Below are positions 1 through 9,583 of a stretch of DNA of 64,000 nucleotides, one piece after another (within the stretch, counting starts at the first letter, position 1; the number at the start of each line of letters is the position of its first letter). The notes beneath the pieces were generated by a model. The model made no database searches. It worked only from the letters and a program-made list of their open reading frames with translations, and was not told where the DNA came from. A program made the position numbers and the translations under genes. The stretch comes from an uncultured Bacillota bacterium (lineage in GTDB: Bacteria; Bacillota_I; Bacilli_A; RF39; UBA660): NCBI GenBank assembly GCA_945867665.1, contig CAMBIR010000005.1, forward strand, positions 8,659 through 72,658, read 5' to 3'.

Positions 1-1314
1 CATACTTAATTCTTCTTTGGATAATTCTCTAATTAAGAATAGACTAAGGATAGTATCACATGCTTCTCCTTCTATTTGGTATTCCTTTAGAATTTCTTCT
101 ATTTTGTCATAGTGGTTATCAAATTCTTCTAAAGTTTTTTCGGCATCTTCAATTATTTTATAATTAGAGAAATTATTTTTTATCTTCATTAATTCTTTTA
201 TGGTATCAAGATCATTATCCATGATGTTTAGATAATTTTTAGTCACTTTAATATAGTCATCATCTTCTAGTAGAGTTAAAATATTTTCTTTGGTAATATC
301 TAGGCCATGGTTGGTTTGTAAGATTTCTGTTAATTTATCTAGTTCCATTACGCCATTAATGGTAACGTATGTTAAGATATAGCGATAAATATCATTCATT
401 ATCTCCATAATATTCATATTTTTTCTTGTTTTACAATATTCTTCGATTTTTTCTTTTCTCTCTTCTTCGGCGTCAATTCCTTCTAAAATGGAAGATCCGC
501 CATTAAGCCAAGTTGGTAAGATATCTGTTACTTCTTCTAAAACATCTAGAATTTTCTCTTTTTCATTTTTTTGTAGTTTGACTTCGCCTTTTGTTATTGA
601 TTCGATAATTTCCTCTTCATCCATAATACCTATCATTGCGACTTCTACCATAGTCATGCTAAGGAAGTTTCTTTTTGCTTCCTCTTTTACTTTTTTCTCT
701 AAGATTTTATCAATTTTCTTTGGGAAGTATTCTTCTTTTAAATAGAGTAAGTTAGGAATTTCCTTTAGGTTGAATACTTTATAATTTCCTGATATTTTTT
801 CAACTAAATGAATTGTTTGTTCTAATTCTAGAGCAACTTCATTATAGTAAATCATATTATTTTTGATGATGTCTTCATCTTTGATTAAAGATTTAATTTT
901 TTCTTTGGTGGTGTTGATGCCACTTTCTTTGATTAATCTAACTAAATCGGTTATTTTTATTACGCCATTTGCCTTTAGATAGAATGAGACTGCTAGTAAT
1001 AGACGTTCATTTAATAATTCTTTCGTTAGTAATTCTTTGATAATTAAATTAATTTCTTCTGGGAGAATATACTGATTATCTTCTTTATAAATGTATCCTT
1101 TTTGAAGTAATTCCTTAGATACTTCTTTTCTTTTATCTAATGATTTTAAAGTATTGATTTCTTCATCGGTTAAGATGAATATTTCTTCTGGTAAGGAAGA
1201 AATAATTTCAGAAATTAACTCTTCTAAAGTACTATTATTTTCTAATTTATAATTTTCTTTTAATCTTTTTTGGCCTTTTGGGCTTAATTTTTTTAAACAT
1301 TGTTCTAATTTCAT
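1..1314 (-). CDS. Hypothetical protein, partial; the C-terminus lies beyond the window edge
   Basis: Minus-strand frame is open from ATG at 1312-1314 (MKLEQCLKKLSPKGQKRL...) to position 1, and I spot-checked internal codons. Not in the ORF track, presumably because it has no stop inside the window. I recognise no family. Confidence 0.5.
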   Translation of the reverse strand, partial: MKLEQCLKKLSPKGQKRLKENYKLENNSTLEELISEIISSLPEEIFILTDEEINTLKSLDKRKEVSKELLQKGYIYKEDNQYILPEEINLIIKELLTKELLNERLLLAVSFYLKANGVIKITDLVRLIKESGINTTKEKIKSLIKDEDIIKNNMIYYNEVALELEQTIHLVEKISGNYKVFNLKEIPNLLYLKEEYFPKKIDKILEKKVKEEAKRNFLSMTMVEVAMIGIMDEEEIIESITKGEVKLQKNEKEKILDVLEEVTDILPTWLNGGSSILEGIDAEEERKEKIEEYCKTRKNMNIMEIMNDIYRYILTYVTINGVMELDKLTEILQTNHGLDITKENILTLLEDDDYIKVTKNYLNIMDNDLDTIKELMKIKNNFSNYKIIEDAEKTLEEFDNHYDKIEEILKEYQIEGEACDTILSLFLIRELSKEELSM

Positions 1315-1467
1315 TTTTGGTACTCCTTTATTTCTTTTGTTATCTAAAGTTTGGGCTTAGATAATTATAAGTGTATCATAAATATGAAAATAAAGATAGT
1401 TGACGATTGGAAAAGATTGGAAAAATATGGATAAAGATCATTCTAATTTTAGCGTTTTTTCTTGAAT

Positions 1468-2646
1468 TTATTCTTTTGTCTCTTGGAAGAGTTTGGTCAT
1501 GGTTTCGTTTCCGGTGGTTAGCTTTTTGATGGTTAAGTCGTCGGCTTTATTGTTTGCGAGTCTTAAGTTATTTTCACTAGAAAGGAGAGCTTCCTTAGTT
1601 TTTTGAAGATGGTCGATGGTTTTGTCAATTTCGTCGATGGCTTTTTTAAATTTTTCACTAGCGAGGCGGTAATTTCTAGAGAATCCTTCTTTAAAAGTAT
1701 TTAAGTTGTCTTCAAAATGAGAAATATCAATATTTTGATTTTGAATAAGTACAAGTTCTTTTTTATACTGTAAGGCATTCATAGCTAAGTTTCTAATTAA
1801 AGTAATTAAGGGAATAAAGAATTGAGGGCGAATGACGTACATTTTTTCATATTTATAACTAACATCAACAATTCCTTCATTGTAATAGTCATTATCCATT
1901 TCTAAAAGAGAAACTAAGACGGCATATTCACATTTTTTCTCTTTTCTATCCTTATCTAATTCTTTGAAAAAGTCTTCGTTTTTATGTTTAGTCGCCGTTT
2001 TGTCGGCTTCGTTTTTCATTTCAAACATAATAGAAGTAATCTCGGTTCCTTCGTCGTCATAATCTTTAAAGATAAAGTCTCCCTTAGAGCCAGTTTTAAT
2101 ATCATTGTCTTTTTCAAAATAAGCATTTTTAAATAAAGGACGAAGTTTGTTAAATTCGTTATGGCAGTGAACTTCTAGGGATTCGCCAATCATTTTTGTG
2201 GATTGTTTGGCTTTAAAGTCTCTGTAGTAAGAGATTTGTTCTTCTCTATCTTTGATTTTTTCTTCATAGGTTTCTTTTAAGTTTTTTTCTTTGATTAAAT
2301 ATTCATTTTCTTTTAGTTCTATTTTACTATTTAAAGTACTGATTTCTTTTTCTTTTTCAGAAATGGCATTTTTGATGGTAAGTTCAGTTTCCTTTTCCTT
2401 AAAATTTAGGGTATTGGTTAAGTTTTGAATTTCTTGGTCTTTTTTGAAAAGTACTTCTTGATAATTTTTCTCAAGAGTTGTTTTGGTAAGCTCGATTGCA
2501 GCTTCTTTTTCTTTTTGGTATTCATTCTCTCTTCTTTTGATTTCGCTTTCAAATTCTTTATCTCTTACTTGTTTTAAGACGTTTTGATAGTCGGATTCAT
2601 CAATTTGAAATACTGTTCCACAGTTAGGGCATTTGATTTCATGCAT
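1468..2646 (-). CDS. DUF2130-family protein (N-terminal CPxCG zinc-ribbon-like motif followed by long coiled coil)
   Basis: 392 aa. N-terminus MHEIKCPNCGTVFQIDESDYQNVLKQVRD matches the conserved start of DUF2130 proteins. The rest is a Lys/Glu-rich coiled coil. Confidence 0.6.
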   Translation of the reverse strand: MHEIKCPNCGTVFQIDESDYQNVLKQVRDKEFESEIKRRENEYQKEKEAAIELTKTTLEKNYQEVLFKKDQEIQNLTNTLNFKEKETELTIKNAISEKEKEISTLNSKIELKENEYLIKEKNLKETYEEKIKDREEQISYYRDFKAKQSTKMIGESLEVHCHNEFNKLRPLFKNAYFEKDNDIKTGSKGDFIFKDYDDEGTEITSIMFEMKNEADKTATKHKNEDFFKELDKDRKEKKCEYAVLVSLLEMDNDYYNEGIVDVSYKYEKMYVIRPQFFIPLITLIRNLAMNALQYKKELVLIQNQNIDISHFEDNLNTFKEGFSRNYRLASEKFKKAIDEIDKTIDHLQKTKEALLSSENNLRLANNKADDLTIKKLTTGNETMTKLFQETKE

Positions 2647-2724
2647 GTTTTATCATCCTTTCTTTGTTTTAGTATAGCACTTAGAGAATCAAAGAGGGAA
2701 GAAGTTCACTAAAAAAATACTTAT

Positions 2725-3249
2725 CTAGAATTTTATTTTTTTGCCTCGTACAATACAATGATAATGAAATGGGATGGCTCTTATTCTTGGTTTGGGTTTG
2801 GTATAAATGCGAAAGAAGATTTTTTCTTTGGGAAATTTTTTATGCGTGAAACTATCAAAGTTTTCATAGACTTTATTTAATAATTCTGTTATTGTTTTTC
2901 CTTGATAGATGCCTTTCATTTTTTCCCATGATGGTTCTATCCAATAGTAAGTATCTTCTTTTTTATAGACTAAGAAGGTATGGCAGTAGAGTTTATGATG
3001 AAGAAATACTCCGGCATAGATGGTTTGGTTGGGAATATTTCTTGCAGTAAATTCTTCTCTTTCTAATTCACAGATTTCCCAACAGATGGCGGAGGATGTT
3101 TTTTTGATTTCTTCATTGGTTTGAAAGTAAAAGTCTTTAAAGAAATTTCCTTCTTTTAAATGAGGATGAAAGGTTCCTTTTTTATCGTGCCAACCATATT
3201 TTATTTGGGATAGACGCATGAAGTATTTTTTTATTTCCTCATTATTCAT
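2725..3249 (-). CDS. Hypothetical protein
   Basis: 174-aa ORF with RBS-like AGGTG upstream. Spaced Cys/His residues (CWEIC, HHKLYCH, HYHC) hint at a small thiol-enzyme fold, but I recognise no family. Confidence 0.4.
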   Translation of the reverse strand: MNNEEIKKYFMRLSQIKYGWHDKKGTFHPHLKEGNFFKDFYFQTNEEIKKTSSAICWEICELEREEFTARNIPNQTIYAGVFLHHKLYCHTFLVYKKEDTYYWIEPSWEKMKGIYQGKTITELLNKVYENFDSFTHKKFPKEKIFFRIYTKPKPRIRAIPFHYHCIVRGKKIKF

Positions 3250-3360
3250 TGTATCACCTCTTTTTTATTATAATGAAAACAGGGGAAAAATACTATAGTT
3301 GTTGGTTTAAAAAACTTTACTTTACACCATAATTATTATATAATTGGTTAACGGAAGTGA

Positions 3361-4992
3361 GTGATGGAAATGGAAAAAGTATATGTTTTTGGGCATCGTA
3401 ATCCGGATACTGATAGTGTTACGGCGGCAATTGCTCTATCTCATTTAAAGAAAGCTCTTGGTGTTAATGCCACACCTGCTGTACTTAGTGGAATTAATTT
3501 GGAGACAAAGTATGCTCTTAAGTATTTTAAAGTAAAGGAGCCAATATTTTTAAATGATGTAAAGATTAAGGTAAAAGATTTAAATTATACGAAAAATTAT
3601 AGTGTTACTGAACATGATTCAATTAATGATGCTTATCATAAGATGAGTGAGGCTGGGATTAGTAAGATTCCTATTGTTGATCAAGATAAAAAATTACTTG
3701 GTATTATTACGATGAAGGATATTGCTAAGGAGCAATTTAATGAGAACATCGATTTAGTTAATTCTACCTATGAAAATATTTTAGAAGCAATTAATGGAAA
3801 GGAACTTCTTCGGTTTGATGAAGAAATTACTGGGAAATTAACGGTTGCTAGTTATCGTAGTACAACGATTATTAGTTCTGTTCCTTTGGATGGGAATTCT
3901 ATTTTAATGGTTGGAGATAGACATAGTGTTATTGAATATGCAATTGCTAGTGGGGTTAAATTACTTATCGTGACTGGTGGTCATCAGATTAAGGAAGAGC
4001 ATTTGAAACTAGCAAAAGAAAAAAATGTGAATATTATTGTTACGCCTTATCCTACTTTAATTGCTGCTCGTCGAATTAATCTTGCTAATAGTGTATCTAC
4101 GATTAATTATGTTAAAGATATTCTTTGTATTAGTGAATATGAAAATGTTAGTGATTTTATGGGAATTGCTAATAAAACTAGATATAGTTATTATCCTGTT
4201 ATTGATGAGAATGAGAAATGTAAGGGAATTTTGAGAATGTCTGATGTCAGTTATGATAATCGTAAGAATGTTATTTTAGTCGATCATAATTCTTATGAGC
4301 AAAGTGCTATTGGGTTAGAAGAGACTAATATTGTGGAGATTGTTGATCATCATAATATTGGTAGTATTGGTACAAATATGCCAATTAATTTTAGAAATAT
4401 GCCAGTTGGTAGTACTAATACAATCTTATATATTATGTATCATGAAAATAATATTAAGATTCCTAAAGAGATTGCTGGTCTTATGTTATCGGGAATTTTA
4501 TCGGATACTTTAATTTTAAATTCTCCTACTACAACAGATATTGATAGAAAGGCTGTTCAAGAGCTTGCAGATATTGCTGGAGTTGATTATCAAGTATATG
4601 GTCTAGAGATGTTAAAGGCTGGTTCTTCATTAAAAGGAAAAACTAAAGAAGAAGTATTATATACAGATTATAAAAACTATCCTGTTGGAGAATATCATAT
4701 TGGACTTGGACAAATTTCTACCACAAATCCAGATGAGCTTCTTGAGGAGAAAGAAGAATATGTTGATTTATTAAATCAAGTAGCAGATGGAGAAGATTAT
4801 TACTTTGTTGCTTTATTTGTTACCGATATTATTAAGAAGGGTTCTTATGTTTTATATAGTAAGAGAGCAGAAGATATTTTAAGGAATGTTTATAAACGTG
4901 AAGATTTAACACAAGGAACTTTCTTAGAAGGTGTTGTTTCTAGGAAGAAGCAAATTTTACCTGGTATTATGTTAGAAATGGGAGAAAAATAA
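3361..4992 (+). CDS. ppaC: CBS-domain-containing manganese-dependent inorganic pyrophosphatase (family II, DHH-DHHA2)
   Basis: N-terminus VFGHRNPDTDSVTAAIA is the family II PPase DHH signature. An internal CBS pair and a DRTGG-like insert are present, and the C-terminal DHHA2 region has DHH and GSTNTIL motifs. The true start is probably ATG at 3364 or 3370; the tool reports a GTG at 3361. A TTTACT-17-TATAAT promoter-like element lies at 3316-3344. Confidence 0.85.
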   Translation: MMEMEKVYVFGHRNPDTDSVTAAIALSHLKKALGVNATPAVLSGINLETKYALKYFKVKEPIFLNDVKIKVKDLNYTKNYSVTEHDSINDAYHKMSEAGISKIPIVDQDKKLLGIITMKDIAKEQFNENIDLVNSTYENILEAINGKELLRFDEEITGKLTVASYRSTTIISSVPLDGNSILMVGDRHSVIEYAIASGVKLLIVTGGHQIKEEHLKLAKEKNVNIIVTPYPTLIAARRINLANSVSTINYVKDILCISEYENVSDFMGIANKTRYSYYPVIDENEKCKGILRMSDVSYDNRKNVILVDHNSYEQSAIGLEETNIVEIVDHHNIGSIGTNMPINFRNMPVGSTNTILYIMYHENNIKIPKEIAGLMLSGILSDTLILNSPTTTDIDRKAVQELADIAGVDYQVYGLEMLKAGSSLKGKTKEEVLYTDYKNYPVGEYHIGLGQISTTNPDELLEEKEEYVDLLNQVADGEDYYFVALFVTDIIKKGSYVLYSKRAEDILRNVYKREDLTQGTFLEGVVSRKKQILPGIMLEMGEK

Positions 4993-5018
4993 AATTATTA
5001 GAATATAAAAAGAAGAAG

Positions 5019-6329
5019 TTACATTGTTCTTAAATGTTTCTTCTTCTTTCCTTTTTGTAAGGAGCAAACAATGACAATAATACTTAAGAAAGCAATTACT
5101 CCTATTGCAATCATGGTGTATTCTTTTAATTGTTTTAACTCTTGTTTGTAAAGTTTTACTTCGGGATTGTAATATCTGCTTAGTGTTTCTTCTTCTGTAT
5201 CATAGACATAATATCCTGTATTTCCTGTTTTGATGTTTGTTCCATAAATTAGACCTATTTTATTTTTTTTACTGATTTTATAGTAGTCAATGGTTTGATT
5301 TTGTATTTTAAGAGTATCTTTTAAGTATTTTTCTGGAGTTTTTGAGGGAAGAATTTGTAAGGTTATGTTTCCTACTTTGATATAATGATATTCTTCATAT
5401 TTTTTTGTTTGTTCGTTATAAGTATAATATGCTAGTTTGTTCTCTTTATCTTTTAGGATAACTAGTAATACATTTGTTTTATTTGTTTTATTATTTTTAT
5501 AAGCTATAACATCTTGATCATCTATTTTAATCGTTACTTCTTCATAGTTTTCTAATTTATCGATTAGATTATTATTTTTTTTCACTACTGTATAAGTATT
5601 TTTGCCAATCTTTACCAAAATAGGATGTTTATCTTCTACGGTAACAATAATTTTATATACTTTTTCATTTCCATTTTCAGCAGTTACTTTAACTTCAATG
5701 GTATTCTCTCCTTGGGATAATGTTTTTTCTCCTGTTCCCGATACGGATGCTTTACCACTTTCTGCTGATGCTTGAACATTTATTTTTTCAACAGATTGGT
5801 CAAGAGATAATTTATACTCAGTTGTATCTTTGTTAAATGCTGGTTCTATACTTTGACCATCGATGGTTAATGATTTTAAGTTATTGTTCGCATCATATTC
5901 TTTTTTATCTGCAGTTGTTCCTCCCTTATTTGAATTACTACTGCCACCACTTGAGGATGTACTTTTGTTTTTCACTACAATACTTACCGATTTGCTACCG
6001 GAAAATTTAGCATTTCTATCGTAATCCGCAACATCTAGCGATGATGCGGTAATAGTTGCTGTTCCAGCACTTTTTGCTGTAAAAGTATAAGTATAAGTAT
6101 CATTGTCTAACCATTTCCCAGACTCTCCTCCTGCTAAAATTTCATTATTGGAAGAGGATACATTAAAAGTTCCAGCAAGATTGTTAGCATTTACAGAAAC
6201 AGTAACCGTTTGTCCAACAGTTACTTCTTTTGCTCCCGACCAAATAGATAAAGAGCCTGCAAAAACATTTGTCTTAGCAATGAAAAAGGTAAACATTACG
6301 CATAATATATATTTTATTCTTTTTGTCAT
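5019..6329 (-). CDS. Secreted, membrane-anchored surface protein with Ig-like and cadherin-like beta-sandwich domains
   Basis: N-terminal signal peptide (MTKRIKYILCVMFTFFIAKTNVFA). Central LKSLTIDGQSIEPAF...YKIIVTVED segment matches the cadherin-like beta-sandwich pattern. C-terminal hydrophobic segment followed by KGKKKKH is a stop-transfer anchor. Confidence 0.5.
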   Translation of the reverse strand: MTKRIKYILCVMFTFFIAKTNVFAGSLSIWSGAKEVTVGQTVTVSVNANNLAGTFNVSSSNNEILAGGESGKWLDNDTYTYTFTAKSAGTATITASSLDVADYDRNAKFSGSKSVSIVVKNKSTSSSGGSSNSNKGGTTADKKEYDANNNLKSLTIDGQSIEPAFNKDTTEYKLSLDQSVEKINVQASAESGKASVSGTGEKTLSQGENTIEVKVTAENGNEKVYKIIVTVEDKHPILVKIGKNTYTVVKKNNNLIDKLENYEEVTIKIDDQDVIAYKNNKTNKTNVLLVILKDKENKLAYYTYNEQTKKYEEYHYIKVGNITLQILPSKTPEKYLKDTLKIQNQTIDYYKISKKNKIGLIYGTNIKTGNTGYYVYDTEEETLSRYYNPEVKLYKQELKQLKEYTMIAIGVIAFLSIIVIVCSLQKGKKKKHLRTM

Positions 6330-6340
6330 TGATTTCTCCT

Positions 6341-8680
6341 TTATTGATTAATATTACTTTTTCCCATAATACTATTTTTAATTTGAACATAATCTACCGC
6401 CGTAACCTGTCCATCTTTATTGACATCAGCAGCCTTTAAATAACTATCTGTTAGATTACTTCGATTCATAATATAATTTTTGACATTAACATAATCCACT
6501 GCAGTAATTTGACCATCGCCATTGATATCTCCAAAAATTACCACATCATAAGTTTTTGTACCATTGGTACCAGAAATTGTTACTTTATCCCCGGTTTTAA
6601 ACACATCATTTGTCTTAAGCATTCCATTCTTTGATTTTACTGTTACACCTACTTTATGATTATAACTCGTAATATTTCCAATTATATTAGACACATTTGT
6701 TCCTACATTAATTCCAAAGATATTTTTATCATTATATTTAAATCCTGAATGATTCATTGCATCTTCAATAGTAGTAGATGGAGAATCGTCTTTTTCTCTA
6801 ATAAAATTAATGGTATAAGTTCTTGTTTTTCCATTTTGTGAAGTTACATTAATTTGTTGTGTCTGATTATCAGACTTAATTTGAATGGTATCTGCTCCGC
6901 TTACTTTGGCATTTGCATTAATGGTATTTGCCCCAATTTTAACAGAAGTTGTATTACTACTTAAATAAACATTATAATTATAAGTATTATAACTAAAATT
7001 ATTAATGGTATTATTATTAATCGTTAAATTTTTTAAATAATTGTTTGGATTTCCTAATCTAGGGGCTGTTACGGTATAATTTGGCATATTATTATATACA
7101 GGAATAACAAATTTAATGGCTGTATTTAAATAACTATTCATACTATTAACATAACCATTATATTTAATTCCTCCTTCTTGAATTGGAGCGGCTAGATTTT
7201 GCATATATTGGTGGGTAAAATTTCCATTTTTTGTTGAAGATACATCAAATTTTTCATAGTAAATGGTATCTTGATTTATAGAAATATATCCATTATACAT
7301 AAATGATGCTCCACCATAAATTCCTTTATATGGAGTATTCCATCCTTGTTCATAAGCATATCCAGAATAAATAGAACTGCAATTTGTACATCTTGATTTT
7401 ATATTAAAGAAATTATAATAACCTGAATAGCTTTTCCCACTATACCGGAAATTTCCACCTATTCTAGAATCGGTTGAAGATATTCCAGATATCTCTTGCT
7501 TAATACGACTAGCTACATGAACAGCACTAATTCCAATTTTTGAAGATGATGTTACAATATCATCATTAACATTTCCTGTACTATCTTTAATAGCACCACT
7601 TCTATTATAATACTGATAAATACTTGGCCAAAAACCTTGAGCGGATAAAATAGAAGAAATAACCCTTGAATTTTGGTTAGAACTATATCCTAATGTTTCG
7701 AAGGCAAAAATATACTTTTCATTCAAATAATTTCTTGGGTCAAGATAGTAAGCAATAGCTTCTTTTGAGGCATTATAATATCCAGGTTCACTCTCATATT
7801 CCTTAAAATTATCTGCTAAAATATTATAAGTATTGGTATCTAAAGATAAATATCCATCATCAAATGGAGCTTTTCTTTGAAGCAGACTTGCCCCATTACC
7901 ACTTTCTCCTGTTACAACATCATCAAAATTAAGGTTAATTTTCTCCGCCTCAAAAGTCCAATTAGAATGTCTTGCATGTAATTCTAATAAATATGGAATA
8001 TAACTATCTGGAAAACCTGCAGTTTTTAACTTTTGGGTATAACTTTCAATAGTATCTCCATTTTTTTTCTGATTGTAATAATTTTGTGCAGTTGATGTTA
8101 ATTTTGTTGTATTTACGAAATATCCACATAAATAACCAGTGTTAGAACCTGCAGTTATTTTATACCAATATGGACATGTGGTATTAGGCTTGTCCACAGT
8201 TTCTAAAACATCTACATCTTCCCCACAATTAACTTTAGCACCTGTTCTACTCCCATTAGCACTACTTCTTAAACCAACGGAACCTGTATCTTCATAACAC
8301 ATGATTGTTCCATCTTTTTTTGTTGGATTATCATAATTTTTTTTAGCGTAACTATCATCTACTCCAGAAGTAGTTTGATTCTCTTCTTTTAATTTTATGA
8401 AATCACCACAAGAATAACCTGTATAGTTTCCATAACTTACTTTATACCAATTACCACCACATCCGTTACCTGTTCCAGAATTGGTATTTAAAATTGTTAA
8501 TTCTGTAGCATTATAAAATCTTGTAATCACACTACTTGATGTTGTTGGTTGACTTCTTAAAGTTAAAGAATCATTGACATTTACGATACCTGTTAGGGCA
8601 TATACACGAGGAGTAAGGCTACATACGATTCCAAGAGCAACACATTTTAAAATTAGATTTTTTCTTGAATTTTCTTGCAT
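6341..8680 (-). CDS. Secreted peptidoglycan hydrolase (N-acetylglucosaminidase-like) with two SH3b-like repeats, a cadherin-like domain and a C-terminal type I dockerin
   Basis: Signal peptide present. Two NWYKV.../YWYKI...GY.CGYF SH3b-like repeats. A DPRNYL...GYAYEQGW region resembles the glucosaminidase (LytD-like) domain. The C-terminus carries duplicated Ca-binding loops DINGDGQITAVD and DVNKDGQVTAVD, typical of dockerin. Confidence 0.6.
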   Translation of the reverse strand: MQENSRKNLILKCVALGIVCSLTPRVYALTGIVNVNDSLTLRSQPTTSSSVITRFYNATELTILNTNSGTGNGCGGNWYKVSYGNYTGYSCGDFIKLKEENQTTSGVDDSYAKKNYDNPTKKDGTIMCYEDTGSVGLRSSANGSRTGAKVNCGEDVDVLETVDKPNTTCPYWYKITAGSNTGYLCGYFVNTTKLTSTAQNYYNQKKNGDTIESYTQKLKTAGFPDSYIPYLLELHARHSNWTFEAEKINLNFDDVVTGESGNGASLLQRKAPFDDGYLSLDTNTYNILADNFKEYESEPGYYNASKEAIAYYLDPRNYLNEKYIFAFETLGYSSNQNSRVISSILSAQGFWPSIYQYYNRSGAIKDSTGNVNDDIVTSSSKIGISAVHVASRIKQEISGISSTDSRIGGNFRYSGKSYSGYYNFFNIKSRCTNCSSIYSGYAYEQGWNTPYKGIYGGASFMYNGYISINQDTIYYEKFDVSSTKNGNFTHQYMQNLAAPIQEGGIKYNGYVNSMNSYLNTAIKFVIPVYNNMPNYTVTAPRLGNPNNYLKNLTINNNTINNFSYNTYNYNVYLSSNTTSVKIGANTINANAKVSGADTIQIKSDNQTQQINVTSQNGKTRTYTINFIREKDDSPSTTIEDAMNHSGFKYNDKNIFGINVGTNVSNIIGNITSYNHKVGVTVKSKNGMLKTNDVFKTGDKVTISGTNGTKTYDVVIFGDINGDGQITAVDYVNVKNYIMNRSNLTDSYLKAADVNKDGQVTAVDYVQIKNSIMGKSNINQ

Positions 8681-8941
8681 ATTTTATACTCCTTTCCATT
8701 CTTACCCCCATTATAGCAAATATCGACAATTTTTGCTACTAAAAGATTGTTATTTACAAAAAATACTGATAAAAAATTAGCAAAAAAAGATAGATTAATC
8801 TAAGGATGATTTTTCTATCTTTTATAGAATATATGTTTATTTAAATTTAGTATTTTAAACTTTCTTATCATAAAATAGATATTATTAAAATTAAAAATAT
8901 GAAAAGAAGGGTCTCTATCAGTATTTTTTAAATCTAAAAAA

Positions 8942-9583
8942 TTAAATTACATATAAATAAATCATAAAGAAATGGAAGATACTACCTGCTAGAACAAAGA
9001 AGTGGAAGATAGAATGCATGTATTTTTTCTTGGCACCTAATCCATAGAGAATGGCACCAATGGTGTACATAACACCTCCTAAAATTAGATAGATAAGACC
9101 TACTGTAGGGCAAAGGTTTTTTAGAAGAGGATAGAAAAGAAGGATGCCCCACCCCATAGCTAAATGACATACTACGGACAGTCCTTGATATTTATCTACA
9201 TCAATCGCGTTTGCTACAATAGCGATAATGCTAATTACCCAAATTATGATAAGAAGAGATAGTCCTAGTTTTCCTTTGATTAGGCAAGTGCAAATAGGAG
9301 TATAAGTTCCTGCTTCTAGAAGTAAAACGTTACAGTGATCAATTACTCTTAATACTTTTTTACCCGTTAGTTTAGGACTTAGGCTGTGATAGATACAAGA
9401 GATAGTGTATAAAACAATTAATGATACTCCATAAGTGATGGAAGATAAAATACTAATAACATTTTTGGAGTGAACAATTAATAAGACTAGAGCCGCTATA
9501 CTTAAGCCTGCTCCTATTCCATGGCTAATTGCATTAATTAATTCTTCTGATAAACTATATTTGGGAATCTTTACCTTTCGCAC
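8942..9583 (-). CDS. Hemolysin III family (PAQR/YqfA) membrane protein
   Basis: 213 aa with seven predicted TM segments and the characteristic N-terminal EELINAISHGIG plus His-containing motifs. Confidence 0.85.
   Translation of the reverse strand: MRKVKIPKYSLSEELINAISHGIGAGLSIAALVLLIVHSKNVISILSSITYGVSLIVLYTISCIYHSLSPKLTGKKVLRVIDHCNVLLLEAGTYTPICTCLIKGKLGLSLLIIIWVISIIAIVANAIDVDKYQGLSVVCHLAMGWGILLFYPLLKNLCPTVGLIYLILGGVMYTIGAILYGLGAKKKYMHSIFHFFVLAGSIFHFFMIYLYVI

Noticed and set aside
488-745. 85-aa plus-strand ORF inside the minus-strand partial gene
   Set aside because: Antisense to a long continuous ORF. Low-complexity Ser/Phe/Ile-rich translation typical of AT-rich antisense frames. No RBS.
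4331-4513. 60-aa ORF embedded in ppaC in another frame
   Set aside because: Fully nested in a confidently identified gene. Leu/Ile-only composition.
6103-6351. 82-aa antisense ORF. The same reasoning applies to the other short antisense/embedded ORFs in the track (8574-8780, 8982-9170, 12952-13209, 13559-13786, 14176-14385, 16428-16790, 21063-21287, 21406-21669, 22628-22849, 24706-25126, 26292-26501, 29022-29207, 32959-33159, 34586-34774, 37041-37334, 37708-38037, 41061-41276, 41580-41807, 45336-45605, 48961-49149, 50314-50514, 55394-55582, 57580-58095).
   Set aside because: Each overlaps a longer ORF with clear homology on the opposite strand or another frame. They are hydrophobic or low-complexity, lack RBS, and are expected by chance in about 27% GC DNA.
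8757-8930. AAAATACTGATA and TATCAGTATTTT half-sites 150 bp apart as a single giant hairpin
   Set aside because: The distance is too large and the intervening sequence is not self-complementary. These are more likely two degenerate single copies of the repeat family.
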